Assembly (NCBI GenBank): GCA_963422365.1
Contig: OY729426.1
Location: 224,001 to 288,000, forward strand
Length of the DNA stretch: 64,000 nucleotides
Reading direction: 5' to 3'
From: Nitrospirales bacterium
Lineage (GTDB): Bacteria > Nitrospirota > Nitrospiria > Nitrospirales > UBA8639
Every line of letters starts with the position of its first letter. Position 1 is the first letter of the stretch. The translations under genes and the position numbers were made by a program. The notes below the pieces were generated by a model. The model worked only from the letters and a program-made list of their open reading frames with translations. It was not told the DNA's origin and did no database searches. Positions 9,215 to 20,004 of this stretch are shown here, piece after piece.

Positions 9215-11257
9215 TTATCCCAACGGATAGGGTTCACCTTCTTCCACCACGGTCCAGGCGTCAACCAAGGAAGCAGGCACGTCGTCAAGAAACCGGGAGG
9301 GTTTTGAGAGCACCGAGCCCGTGACTTTGTCATACACCTGTACGGGGAACGTCAGGTAGAGATGGTGTTTGGCCCGCGTTACGGCCACATACAGCAACCG
9401 ACGCTCCTCTTCCAGCTCTGCTTCGGTGATGAAGGAATAGGACGACGGGAACCGCCCATCGACCAGCCAAATCACAAACACGCATTGCCATTCAAGCCCC
9501 TTCGCGGAATGGATGGTCGACAACACGAGCTGTTCATCATCATGGTCCGGGGCTTCGATATCCGTCATACTCTCATCAGGCGGTTCAAGGGTGAGATCGG
9601 CCAGAAACTCTTCCAAACTGCCGTAGCGTTCCACCATGACGAGGAGATGCTCCAGGTCCCGAATCCGTTTGGGATAATCATCGTAGTGCTCTTTGAGGAT
9701 CGGGACATAATATTCCAAGAGCCGATTGAATTGATCGGGAAGCAAACCCTCCGCTCCAGGCCCCACGAATTCGAGCGCCGCGGCCAGGTTGCGGAGCCCT
9801 AAGGCTGTCCGCCCACCCCCTTGCCGCAATACCTCATACGGCGCCTCACTGGTCATGATTTGAGCAATCAGATCTCTCGCCCGCTTTTGCCCCACGCCTT
9901 CAATCAGTTGCAACGATCGGTTCCAACTGATGGTATCCAGCGGATTATGAATGATCCGCAAATGCGCCAGCAGGTCCTTCACGTGCGCGGTGTCAATAAA
10001 TTTGAACCCCCCGCGCTTCACAAAGGGGATGTTACATTTGGACAACTCGACTTCCAGATCGAAGGCGTGAAAACTGGAGCGAAACAGCACGGCTATTTGA
10101 TCTAAGGGTACGCCTTCCTCCCGCAACTCCAAGATTTTCTGCGCGACAAACAGGGACTGCGGGTTTTCTCCTACCGTTTGGACCAAGGCTGGTCGCTCAC
10201 CCGGGGCTTTTTGTGTAAACAAGGTTTTACTATATTTTTCCGTTGCGGCTTCAATAATGGCGTTGGCTAATTCCAGGATGGACGGCGTGCTTCGGTAATT
10301 CTCTTCCAATTTGAAAATTTGGGTCCCGGGGAACAACGCAGGAAATTCCATAATGTTCCGAAACGTGGCGCCACGAAATGAGTAAATCGATTGCGAATCA
10401 TCCCCGACGACCATCACATTTTCATGCGTAGCGGCCACGTTCAGCACCACCTCGGCTTGAAGCCGGTTGGTGTCCTGATATTCATCGACCAAAATGTAGC
10501 GATAGGTATCCGAGATGATCCGCCGGGTCGGCTCATCGACAGTCAACAGCTCCCGAAGGCGGGTCAGCAGATCATCATAATCGACTAACTGCCGTTGGCG
10601 CTTGGTTGATTCATAGGCTTCTCGCAGTTTGGTCAACTCGCCGAGATAGTCTCCAAAATGACTATATTCAGCCAAGAGCACATCCTCGAGCGATTGGAGG
10701 GTATTGGCGCATTTGCTGAACAGATCGGCAATCGTCTTTTTGCGAGGAAAGCGCTTGCCGGTTTCGGTGAGACCAATTTGGGCACGAACGAGGTTGACCA
10801 GGTCTTCGGAATCACCACGATCCAGAATCGTAAAACCCGTCTCCAAGCCAATGGTTCGGCCATAGCGGCGGAGCAACACGTTGGCCACGGAGTGAAACGT
10901 CCCTCCCGTCACTCGATCGCTTTGTGGACCAATCAGCAGGCCCACCCGCGTCAACATTTCTTGAGCCGACCTGCGAGTGAAGGTCAACAGAAGAATTGAG
11001 GCCGGATCGATGCCCATATCGATCAGCCTGGCCACACGATACACGAGGACTCTGGTTTTGCCACTTCCGGCCCCGGCAATGACTAAGGCCGGACCATTGA
11101 CGACTTCGACCGCGGCGAGTTGTTGAGGATTTAATTCCTGCGCGTAATCTCGAGAAAGGGGTTTGACCGATGCCTCGGCACTCGGTCGCTTCAGCACGTA
11201 GACTTTAGAATCGGAGTTGACGGAGTCCATCAAGGGCTTGCGAGAAGATTGGTTCAT
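9215..11257 (-). CDS. UvrD/PcrA-family ATP-dependent DNA helicase
   Basis: AGAGSGKT, LVDEYQDTN, VGDDSQSIYSFRGA, LEENYRS, STIHSAKGLEW, EERRLLYVAVTRA. Confidence 0.95.
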   Translation of the reverse strand: MNQSSRKPLMDSVNSDSKVYVLKRPSAEASVKPLSRDYAQELNPQQLAAVEVVNGPALVIAGAGSGKTRVLVYRVARLIDMGIDPASILLLTFTRRSAQEMLTRVGLLIGPQSDRVTGGTFHSVANVLLRRYGRTIGLETGFTILDRGDSEDLVNLVRAQIGLTETGKRFPRKKTIADLFSKCANTLQSLEDVLLAEYSHFGDYLGELTKLREAYESTKRQRQLVDYDDLLTRLRELLTVDEPTRRIISDTYRYILVDEYQDTNRLQAEVVLNVAATHENVMVVGDDSQSIYSFRGATFRNIMEFPALFPGTQIFKLEENYRSTPSILELANAIIEAATEKYSKTLFTQKAPGERPALVQTVGENPQSLFVAQKILELREEGVPLDQIAVLFRSSFHAFDLEVELSKCNIPFVKRGGFKFIDTAHVKDLLAHLRIIHNPLDTISWNRSLQLIEGVGQKRARDLIAQIMTSEAPYEVLRQGGGRTALGLRNLAAALEFVGPGAEGLLPDQFNRLLEYYVPILKEHYDDYPKRIRDLEHLLVMVERYGSLEEFLADLTLEPPDESMTDIEAPDHDDEQLVLSTIHSAKGLEWQCVFVIWLVDGRFPSSYSFITEAELEEERRLLYVAVTRAKHHLYLTFPVQVYDKVTGSVLSKPSRFLDDVPASLVDAWTVVEEGEPYPLG

Positions 11258-11425
11258 GGGAATGGACTCTTACACTAGCCCCACTCCGTCCGTCGTGTAT
11301 AACATAGGGCCCAGCCCTATGCAATGACGGACCTAGGCCGAGACCATGAACCGGGTTCATCCTTCTGGGAAAACTTGCGGAGCCGACCCTCCATTTGATT
11401 AGATAGTCTCCAGGGTTTTCAATTC

Positions 11426-12274
11426 ATGAAGCATTCCATCCAAGAGTACGAACCCATTCTCAAAGACTTGTCGAATACCATATTGGACGTATGCCGGGAA
11501 TCCGTGACGCTGATTAAACGTAGCGATTCATCCGCCTCAATCAAACTCAATCAACAGCAAGAATGGGACATTTATTTGGAATTTCTGAAGGTCCTGTTTA
11601 ATCTGGCGGATCGCATTTCCGCGTTTTACGTTTCCATCCAACAGCAACCTGAATTCATGAATAGTCTTGAAGATCATGTGAGTGAGCGACTTAAAACCCT
11701 GTTAGCGCCCTCTCTGAGTTCCTCTCAAGTTGATGAGCAAGAAATTGTTGTCTCCATTGGCCAGGCCGTGGCTGAAAGTCGCCAGATCTATGAACACGAT
11801 AAATTTATGTTTTCGGAAGACAGCAAAGAGCGAAATGCTTTTTTCCAACATGCTGGTGAACGCGTGGCCGGCCAAGCCGGTGCCGCCAACAACCAAGCCA
11901 TCACGTCGACAACCGCTGTCTGTATCAGTGCCGTGATTCCAGCGTTGACAGCACTCTTTGAAAGGAAACCCTCGGAACCCGAAGAGAAGTCTCCGGCGAC
12001 TCACCCTCAAGCGGAAGGTCAATCCTCTGCCCCTTCCACGGGCCCTCACGGCACGAACCTGATCAAACTGATCAGCGTTGTCGCTTCAATCTCAGGCGCA
12101 GAATTTGAAACCCGGTGGGGTCTGCTTCCACAATTTCGCCGAGACCTGAAGCCGGACCAAGTCACAGTCCTCACCGAGTATATGAACCGCGTGGCCCAGA
12201 TCGTGGGTGACCGCTTTGCCATCGAATCTTCCAAGGTCTTAGGCAAGGCCAACCCACCCGTTGGGAACGCCTAA
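11426..12274 (+). CDS. Hypothetical protein
   Basis: 282-aa ORF with helical composition; no recognised motif. Confidence 0.75.
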   Translation: MKHSIQEYEPILKDLSNTILDVCRESVTLIKRSDSSASIKLNQQQEWDIYLEFLKVLFNLADRISAFYVSIQQQPEFMNSLEDHVSERLKTLLAPSLSSSQVDEQEIVVSIGQAVAESRQIYEHDKFMFSEDSKERNAFFQHAGERVAGQAGAANNQAITSTTAVCISAVIPALTALFERKPSEPEEKSPATHPQAEGQSSAPSTGPHGTNLIKLISVVASISGAEFETRWGLLPQFRRDLKPDQVTVLTEYMNRVAQIVGDRFAIESSKVLGKANPPVGNA

Positions 12275-12329
12275 TCTCTCGTCTTTTCACTCACACAGGC
12301 GATGATGGATGAACTGCAGGGTCCTCACT

Positions 12330-13134
12330 TCTTCACTCCAACCATCGTTATTGCCCCCAAATGGTCCGCATATTTCCGAAAAACAGTCCGTATCTGGAGA
12401 ATCCGCCGCCGGGCCGTAGGGTCCTTGCCACCTTCAGAACGAAGTGGACCGTCCGCGCCAACCCCTCATCCTGAATGAATCGCCTGGGTTCCAACACATG
12501 CATCGGGGCGGTGACCTGTGTTTCAACCGTGAACCCATGGTCCTCCAGCAGCGCTCTCCACTCTCCGGGAGTTAAGGGCCTCGCCCCTACTAAAATTGCA
12601 TCCGACAAGACTAGGCCGATCTCCGACTTTTTGGCTTCTTCCAGATCGTCAGGCAGTACACACAGTTCGTGGACTCCGTATCTTCTGCCAGTCCGGAGAA
12701 GCCGCGCGGCTTCCTTGACGATCGATGCCTTGTGGGTCGGCGTCTGCATAGTCAGCATGGCCTCGCCAAAGACCACCGTCGCCGAGGCACTAGGTAGACC
12801 TGTCTCTTCCGCCCTGCCCACCAGGCATTGTCGGCCTGGTCCTCTCAGATACCACCCAACTTGTTGGGCTGCGGTATCGTCCCTTTCGATCCCGGTATAA
12901 GAGGCAGGTTCTCTTTCCAGGGCTGCCCGGGCCGTCACTCCAAGCCCCTGGCACAAACTCCACGACCTCATCAGTGGAGCGGATGTCCAAGGCCTCCAGC
13001 ATACGGCGGGTCAACTCGACACCTCCAGGCCGCAGGACCCTCTTGCCCATTTACGCCAGCAGCCAGTGGCCGGGCATTTTGCTATAGTCTAGTCCATGAC
13101 CTGGTACATCTGGATCTGTCCTTCTCTGTGTCAT
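12330..13134 (-). pseudogene. Class I SAM-dependent methyltransferase pseudogene
   Basis: RBS followed by MTQRRTDPDVPGHGLDYSKMPGHWLLA*MGKRVLRPGG (in-frame stop). Frameshift at VVEFVPG/GLGVTA and another near the C-terminus. Confidence 0.8.
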
Positions 13135-13155
13135 ATGTCGCGATCCCCTCCCTTG

Positions 13156-14780
13156 TCAAAATCTCGCTTTCAGGCCGACGTAAAAGGCCCGCCCGTCACC
13201 CGGGAGAAATGCCGCCTGATCAGCTCGGGCCTGATCGGCAATAAGGGTCGATGAGGCGTATGTCTCGTCGAAGACGTTGCGTACCTCTCCGTACAGGCTG
13301 ACGGGCTCATTGATATCGTAGTTTGCGCGCGCATCGACGACCACAAACGAGTCATTGAACAAAGCATTCATATTGTCCACCGAGTACGAGCGGCACACCA
13401 GTTGACTTCCGTCTGGACAAACGCATTGGGCAGGACGTCATACTGCACGACCGCGTTGACGACGTACGGCGGCGCACCTGCCAACCGGTTATTGCCACGC
13501 AGAGTATCTCCAGCAAAGCGGAAATCCTGGTAGGTATAAGGCAAGCCAGCTGCTGAGTGTTTCGCCCAATTGCGCCTTTAATCGAAGCTCGATTCCGAAA
13601 TGGGTGGTTTTGTCTGCGTTCACGGCGCCGAGTGGTGAGTCGGTCTCATCGCGCAGACTCAGCAGTTCGTTCTTCACCCACGCATAATAGATCACGGTGT
13701 CCCAAGCAAGCATTCCGTAGCTGCCGCGCCAGCCAGCCTCGATGGTTGTCGCGGTCTGGGCCTTGAGAGCGGGAGTCAGGAAAGCAGTTGCGGGACGCCT
13801 CGGGTTGGGAGGTTCTGATCAGCCTGCGCTGCGATTGGGCGTGCCGTTCACAGGAGCAATCAGGTCATCATGGGTCGGCGGTTCGAAGCTACGGCTGGCC
13901 GCTGCGAACACCATATGGTTTTCCATTGGCCGAATCGTCACGCCGAGGCTCGGGCTCCAGCCGTCATAGGTCCGCGAATAGCTGATATCAACGGCCGGTG
14001 AGACCGTAAAGACTTCGCCGATGGGAATAGTCAGCCCGACATAAAAAGAAAGCGTGCTGGCATCGAGTTCACTCCGGCCAAACAACGGTCCCTTGGTTCC
14101 GGCATTGTTTGTGAAATTGTTCCGGTCGGCTGACCCAACGACACATTTTCCTGTGGCCTCAAACAGAGGAAGCGGCTGCGCATCGTCTGGACGATAGGCA
14201 TAGCGCAGAACGGACGTGAAATCCCCGCCGTCCGTCTCACGAATCCCGTTGGGGATCGAGAATCGAAACGCGTCATCGGTGTCCGAGCCGGTTCGCCGTG
14301 TAGCCGCGATACACCTCAGTAAACTGAGCCTGCCTTGGATTGACGAGTCCCACGACATATGAGCCCGTCGGCCCGATTGATCGGCAGTCCGTTTTGTAGC
14401 ACCAAGACGCCGCGCTCCACGGGATTTTGCTGCAAGCCGGACCCGCGGATCTGAATGCGTGGTTGATCGTTGCTGCCAAAGAAGTTCTGCACGATCACCC
14501 TAGGTGCCGAGACGAGAACATCGGAGATATTCAGGTTTGTCTTCCCTGTCAGCGCACTGTCGACAATCAGGCCTGTGCCGCCGGGAATGGCCTCAAGCTT
14601 CTCTCTGGCCAGTTTTTCCTCTTCAATTCGACGACCTTCAACGACAATTTTCTCGAGCACGATGTTCGAACCCGGGGTTGCAGATTGCGCGAAGGCGGCG
14701 TTGGGCATTGTGGTGATCATCAGAGCCACCACAATGCCAGCGATGAAACACCGTCTCAGAGAAGAGGTTTGCACAACCAT
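13156..14780 (-). pseudogene. TonB-dependent outer-membrane receptor (FecA-like) pseudogene
   Basis: Signal peptide, TonB box (LEKIVVEG), plug (IQIRGSG...GVLVLQNGLPINRADG) and C-terminal PGDGRAFYVGLKARF. Split over at least 4 frames and much shorter than a full receptor. Confidence 0.88.
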
Positions 14781-14863
14781 GTTACTCTCCCTGATGTTCG
14801 TCTGCTGTTTTCATCATGTGTTGCACATAATGTTGTAGCCATGGCTAAGCCTTTAATAAAATC

Positions 14864-14882
14864 AATTATTATTCTCAATATT
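14864..14882 (-). promoter_or_regulatory. Putative Fur box
   Basis: AATATTGAGAATAATAATT matches 13/19 of GATAATGATAATCATTATC, about 85 nt upstream of the receptor start. Confidence 0.55.
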
Positions 14883-15136
14883 AATTATAGACATAATGAC
14901 CGTCATGTCAAGAAACAATTTGATGCGTTTGCACCTCATGTCTTTGCTCCACAATTTCCAATCTTGATTGCACTGAGCTTCAAACCCTGATCGCCACCGC
15001 ATCTCAACGACGTTGGCCTGCGAGCAGTCTTTTGATTCAGAGAGAGCCCTTCCCTCTTTTTTTTCATCCCTAAAAAGTCCATAATGGGGCTTCATCTGAA
15101 ACCAACCACTCAAATCCACGGTAGGGCCTCCAAATC

Positions 15137-15577
15137 ATGAAAAAATTCTTGGTACACGTCTTGATCGTGGGTGCTGCCTTTTGGGCAGGACATTACGTAG
15201 GGCAGCAACCACCGGAGGAAGTCAAAAAGCAACTCCGGGAGTTGTCACAAGAAGTGATAGAGCAAACCATCGGCCTGGAAGAGGGAGAGCTGTTCCTTCA
15301 AAAAAAAGTTTTAATTTTACAAGCCAAATCCGCGTTTTTGAACAGCAAGGCCAAAATCTTGGACGGCAAATATGATGAAGCCATAACCGAACTGGATGAA
15401 ACCCTTGATTACTTGAAACACGCCGCCAAGATGAAGGGGCAAGAAACCTCGGACGCACTCCATGGAGCCATCTCGAAGATAGGGGATCTTCAACGGTCCT
15501 TGGCCAACGGCCAAGCCATCTCTCAAGAAAAATTTGAGGAAGCTCAAGAAAAATTAGACTCACTGTTGCAGGCATGA
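15137..15577 (+). CDS. Hypothetical membrane-anchored helical protein
   Basis: MKKFLVHVLIVGAAFWAGHY followed by amphipathic helices. Confidence 0.75.
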   Translation: MKKFLVHVLIVGAAFWAGHYVGQQPPEEVKKQLRELSQEVIEQTIGLEEGELFLQKKVLILQAKSAFLNSKAKILDGKYDEAITELDETLDYLKHAAKMKGQETSDALHGAISKIGDLQRSLANGQAISQEKFEEAQEKLDSLLQA

Positions 15578-15717
15578 ACGTACAGCAAGAGCGCCTCCTG
15601 CCGGAATTCCACAGAATGGTGATGACGCACAGCCCAGCACGGAATCTGTCTGGAACCGTTTTAGGGCAATGGCGGGCCGAGTTGGAGCACAAGCCGTTCT
15701 CGCCACGATTTCTTGCT

Positions 15718-15990
15718 TCAGGCGTGCACGTGCTCAATAGTCTTAAGGGTTGGTAACGCTCTGGTGGTTTTGCCGGCTTTCTTTTCAGCTAGCCACAGTT
15801 TATAGAGCTTTTGGAGATTCAGCCAGAAATCAGGACTGGTGTCAAAAAAGTGGTCAAACTCATGGAACGGTTCTCCTAGTGAGAGTTAGCCATCTCCGCA
15901 TTACCAGGTCCTGACGGTCCTTGAGGCCACTCGAAGCAAATTCGCCATTGGTCATTGATGCGGATGCTGTACTGGCCTTTGCCCCCCCCC
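15718..15990 (-). pseudogene. HigB toxin / HigA antitoxin remnants
   Basis: Minus strand reads KGQYSIRINDQWRICFEW (HigB C-terminus), then FFDTSPDFWLNLQKLY (HigA C-terminus). The N-terminal parts of both are deleted. Confidence 0.8.
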
Positions 15991-16403
15991 TCAAGACTTC
16001 AAAACAGTTGCAGGGCAATGCGGCAAAGGTCTTGCAGTGAGAAAGCTGCTTCCAGACGTTCGAACTTCAGCCGGGCAGCACGTTCGATTCAAGAGAAAGC
16101 CTTTACCCAAATTCCAGCAGCGAAACCTCCAGTCCTGGCCCGATAACTGACGATCATGGCCAACGGTCATTTAAATGATGCGTTACGTCAAAAGTACGAA
16201 GATCTCAGCAAAGTGGCGTTAGAGAGCAATGCTTCGGCGGGAATCTGAAAAGGAACTTTGGAACCGAGAGATTTCTGGGGAGTCAAGACCATCGTCAGCA
16301 CTGATCCTTCAGTGATGCGTCATAGCCAAGGCTCACTTCCCGACTGACTTGACACTGAGGAACAACCTCGCTGACTGTCACATCAAATCTGAAGTTTTAC
16401 CTA

Positions 16404-17273
16404 CTAGGCGTTGGCCGGTTGTTGTTTCCACCCTGCGAGAATACGTTCTATCCGCATCCGAACGACGAGGTCTGGATCTTTCATCAAGGACTTAATCGCA
16501 TCCCGTCCACGCAAGTCCCCCACTTTTTCTAATGCAGCCGCTGCGGTCAAACGCGTAAACCAATCCTGATCGTAGAGCATGGCAATTAAGGGATCGACGG
16601 CTTCCGAATCCTTAATCTCGCCGAGAGCCAAAATAGCCTGCTTGCGCACGAACTCTTCTTTATCGCTCAAGGCCGCAATCAATTTGGGCACGGCGGGTTT
16701 ACCCAACGCAATAAGGGCCCTCGTGGCATCATCCTTAAACTCATCATTGTGCAGCATCGACACCAGGGGATCCAGCACCCGCTCATCATTGACCTTCCCC
16801 ATCGCCTGAATCACGTATTTTCTGGACTCCCAATCGCGTATGTACCTGATCAACAACTCGACAGCGGGAGACCCCACTCCAGCAATAGCTTCAACCGCTG
16901 CTTCCCGGACTTGCCAATCCCCATCACGGAGCGCTTTGACTATTGGCTCCACACAGCGGTCGTCCCCCATTTCCCCTAGGGTGACGACCGCTTCGCGTCG
17001 GACGACCCAATCCTTGTCCAGCAGAAGGTCAATCTGGATATCAATTTCATCTTTGACCTTCTCTTCTTCGAATGCAGACTCTTCTTCCTCTGCCTGTCCT
17101 TTACCTTGCTCCTCGCCTTGTTCAGCTTCCGCAGTCGTGTCGCCGTCCAACAAGGATTCCGATACTTCATCCACAAATTCATCAGTCATTTCATCTTGAG
17201 AGCCGGCAGAAGCATCGGTTTCCTCAGCTTGCGTTTGAGGATCTTCTGCAGAAGATTCCATATGGTCCGTCAT
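16404..17273 (-). CDS. HEAT/PBS-lyase repeat protein with acidic N-terminal extension
   Basis: Repeats DWVVRREAVVTLGEMGD, DWQVREAAVEAIA, EFVRKQAILALGEI, DWFTRLTAAAALEKVGD. Confidence 0.9.
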   Translation of the reverse strand: MTDHMESSAEDPQTQAEETDASAGSQDEMTDEFVDEVSESLLDGDTTAEAEQGEEQGKGQAEEEESAFEEEKVKDEIDIQIDLLLDKDWVVRREAVVTLGEMGDDRCVEPIVKALRDGDWQVREAAVEAIAGVGSPAVELLIRYIRDWESRKYVIQAMGKVNDERVLDPLVSMLHNDEFKDDATRALIALGKPAVPKLIAALSDKEEFVRKQAILALGEIKDSEAVDPLIAMLYDQDWFTRLTAAAALEKVGDLRGRDAIKSLMKDPDLVVRMRIERILAGWKQQPANA

Positions 17274-17331
17274 GAACTGTCCCCTTTCACTGCATTCGGT
17301 AGACGCATCGTCACTCTCCAGGATTCTGGGG

Positions 17332-17532
17332 TTATGCCGCCTTGGCTTTTTCCCCAGCAGCCTTGGCTATACGTGCCGCTTTGCCACGAATTTTTCGCTG
17401 TACACGTTTGAGGCGTTTTCGTAGCCGTCGTACATTCTTTTCTCCTTCTAGGTTTTCACCGTCAGCTTGTCTTTCCTTGACCTTTTGTTCAAGGGCCGTC
17501 CTATCCTCATCCCGTGTTCGCTTGTTTGCCAT
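17332..17532 (-). CDS. Small basic hypothetical protein
   Basis: GGAG RBS; K/R-rich VRRLRKRLKRVQRKIR. Confidence 0.7.
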   Translation of the reverse strand: MANKRTRDEDRTALEQKVKERQADGENLEGEKNVRRLRKRLKRVQRKIRGKAARIAKAAGEKAKAA

Positions 17533-17675
17533 TATTCCACTCCCCTAATACATGAAAACCCTTCCAGTTAGCTCTGGGTCATTGAACAGACGAGTCTAGT
17601 CAATGGTTCTTTCAGGTGTCAACCAGACGACGTACTTGACACCACAGTGAGCACGCTGAGAGAAGAGAAGCTTTG

Positions 17676-18182
17676 TTACCGATTCCAGTCTTTGCAGAAG
17701 CTTCGTTCATAGGCCAATATTTTCCAGGCTTCTTCTTCGGTAATCGTCACCGGAATCATCGGCACCATGCCGGTCCCTGGGCTGCCGTTCTTAATGATCC
17801 AAAACAATTCGCCGTCGTGTCTTCCCTTCTGAAATTTGCAATTGGTGAAATTGCGAGGCCCAGGATTCAAACGCCTGCCAATTGGCCCATTTCCTAAGCC
17901 GGCTTCTCCATGGCACGACACACAGATCCCTTTTCCTTCATACAGTGCTTTTCCCTCGTCAATGATCTCAGGCGAAGCCGTTTTCGTCGAACCAAAGGGA
18001 GGGACCAATTTTCTAGCCCATGTTCTTTCACTCACAGGAACCCTGGGACGTAACGGTTGCGCTTCTTCGGCCAAGCCTAGGTCGAGGCAGGCACCCCAAC
18101 CAATGGACCCCACGCCAACGACCAGAACGAACAGGCATCGGCTCAGGAATTTGAATGAGAGCATTGATGGTATCCGTTGCAC
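17676..18182 (-). CDS. Monoheme cytochrome c (paralog 2)
   Basis: CVSCH, PRNFTNCKF, DGELFWIIKNGSPGTGM. Confidence 0.92.
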   Translation of the reverse strand: MQRIPSMLSFKFLSRCLFVLVVGVGSIGWGACLDLGLAEEAQPLRPRVPVSERTWARKLVPPFGSTKTASPEIIDEGKALYEGKGICVSCHGEAGLGNGPIGRRLNPGPRNFTNCKFQKGRHDGELFWIIKNGSPGTGMVPMIPVTITEEEAWKILAYERSFCKDWNR

Positions 18183-18195
18183 GTTCGATTAAGAG

Positions 18196-18233
18196 AAAAA
18201 GCCCCGTTCAGGGTCAATCCTAAACGGGGCTTT
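18196..18233 (-). terminator. Intrinsic terminator between the two cytochrome genes
   Basis: Stem AAAGCCCCGTT/AACGGGGCTTT with a U-run on the minus strand. Confidence 0.75.
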
Positions 18234-18265
18234 GGGCACTTACTCAAGTGACAAAACAACTCTTA

Positions 18266-18748
18266 TTACTTCTTCTTGCGCCATTTCTTACAGAAGCTTC
18301 GCTCGTAGGCCAACACCTTCCACGCATCTTCTTCCGTGATCGTCGCAGGCACCATGGACACCATGCCGGTCCCCGGGCTGCCATTCTTAATAATCCAGAA
18401 CAATTCACCATCTTTCCGTTTCTTGTGGAATTTGCAGTTGGTGAAGTTCCGTGGTCCTGGAGTCAACACTTTTCCGGCTGGACCGGCGCCGTCTCCCTTC
18501 TTCCCATGACAATTGACGCAGGTGCCTTTACCCTCAAAAATTTTTTTGCCCTCGGCAACGATCGCATCGGAGGCTGTCTTCGTTTTCTTGTACAACTCGG
18601 CGGGTGGTTTTATTTTCTTGGCCTTCCCACGCTCAGCCTTGGGAACCCGTGGCTTCAACGGGTCTTTTTCGGCTCCGGCAAAGGCCAAGTCGCTACCGAC
18701 AAAGGCCAATGCCGTGAACAAACTACAAATCGCTAAAAACTTCTTCAT
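18266..18748 (-). CDS. Monoheme cytochrome c (paralog 1)
   Basis: AAGGAGG RBS, signal peptide, CVNCH, GSPGTGM; Lys-rich. Confidence 0.95.
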   Translation of the reverse strand: MKKFLAICSLFTALAFVGSDLAFAGAEKDPLKPRVPKAERGKAKKIKPPAELYKKTKTASDAIVAEGKKIFEGKGTCVNCHGKKGDGAGPAGKVLTPGPRNFTNCKFHKKRKDGELFWIIKNGSPGTGMVSMVPATITEEDAWKVLAYERSFCKKWRKKK

Positions 18749-18972
18749 GAATCCCTCCTTTGATAATGAATCCCTGTTGCACCAATTGTCTGGAAGGCCA
18801 TCAGAACAGCAACATCTTTATACCCCCCCTCATCAAAACAAATTTCAAAAAATCTAAACCTGTTGAACATATCAATGTGATTTTCCCCTGTCAAGAAATC
18901 AAAATCGGCGAAATCATTTTCGTACAAATCATTGAAAAATAAGTTTTTTATGCCTCACTGGAGATTGCGGCC

Positions 18973-19944
18973 TCACTGGAGACCAGAGGTGAGAGATCCA
19001 GGTTGAGGTCTTAACTCTAAATCTCGAGCCACAATGCCCGTTTTACCAAATGGACCCTGCAACTGGCCATTGAGTCTGACCTCAACCCCTCCGGCATTGC
19101 CCAGCGTCAACAGAAACCGGTCACGGGCCTGCCATTGCACAATTTCACCTGGTCGCAATAAGGCTTCCTGTGGATCGCCTTCATCGGAACGAACCACGAC
19201 CCAGGTCATTTCCAAAGCTCGTAGTTCAAGAACGAACTGGCCTTCTTCAGAACCTGCCATGGGAAAGAGAATCAGAGGTTCAGACATCACGGATTCAGGA
19301 GATGCGAAAGGAGACGTGAGCGCCCCATCATCAGATGAAGATTCCGCAGAAGTCTCAGGGATATCCGGCTGATGATCGGTCTCTGTCTTCGCAACCGTTG
19401 AGGCGTCAGGCTGCTGTGTGATCGAAGGGGAAGGGCGGTTGTCGCCTGGTTCGTTCGCGTGACCAATTTTTCCTGATTCCGATACAGCCACGTCACGCTG
19501 TTGGGGTTCAACAGCCCGTTGGTCCGTGGTCTGTTGCGAAAAATAAGAACCCGTGTGAGGTGAAGAGGATTGTTGGTAAAGTAGCACCAACAATCCTAGC
19601 AAGGGCAGGCCAATAAGCATGACAACTATGGTTGGGTGCGTCTTGGCTTCAGGGTCGTCTCTTATCCGTAGAAAACTTTGCTGCCGATCCTCGCCTTTTT
19701 TTTTGTAGGACGACGCAGAGCGTTCTAAAAACAACTGCTGACATTCTTCCTCATCGAGATGAAGCGAACGGGCGTAGGATCGCACAAAGCCTTTGGCGAA
19801 AACCTTTTGGGGCAACCGATCAAAACGATCCTCTTCCAAAGCCTTCAGATACGGCTCTTGGATTCGGGTCATCGAGACCATCTGCTCAAGGGTCCACCCT
19901 TGAGACTTACGGGCCCTTTGGAACGTGTTGCCTAATGAATCCAT
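18973..19944 (-). CDS. rodZ: RodZ-like HTH/DUF4115 protein
   Basis: N-terminal HTH (YLKALEEDRFDRLP..VFAKGFVRSYA), single TM, C-terminal LTLGNAGGVEVRLNG. Confidence 0.85.
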   Translation of the reverse strand: MDSLGNTFQRARKSQGWTLEQMVSMTRIQEPYLKALEEDRFDRLPQKVFAKGFVRSYARSLHLDEEECQQLFLERSASSYKKKGEDRQQSFLRIRDDPEAKTHPTIVVMLIGLPLLGLLVLLYQQSSSPHTGSYFSQQTTDQRAVEPQQRDVAVSESGKIGHANEPGDNRPSPSITQQPDASTVAKTETDHQPDIPETSAESSSDDGALTSPFASPESVMSEPLILFPMAGSEEGQFVLELRALEMTWVVVRSDEGDPQEALLRPGEIVQWQARDRFLLTLGNAGGVEVRLNGQLQGPFGKTGIVARDLELRPQPGSLTSGLQ

Positions 19945-20004
19945 GCGCTCCGACGTTGAAAAGGAGAACGAGACAACCGACCAAACGTGACGAAGAGTGA
20001 GTGA

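Noticed and set aside
13051..13053. In-frame stops (here TAA; TAG near 55071) as recoding or readthrough
   Set aside because: Both lie in genes with additional frameshifts, so decay is the simpler explanation.
18863..18875. TTGAACATATCAA as an FNR box upstream of the cytochromes
   Set aside because: The spacer is one base shorter than TTGAT-N4-ATCAA and the region is AT-rich.
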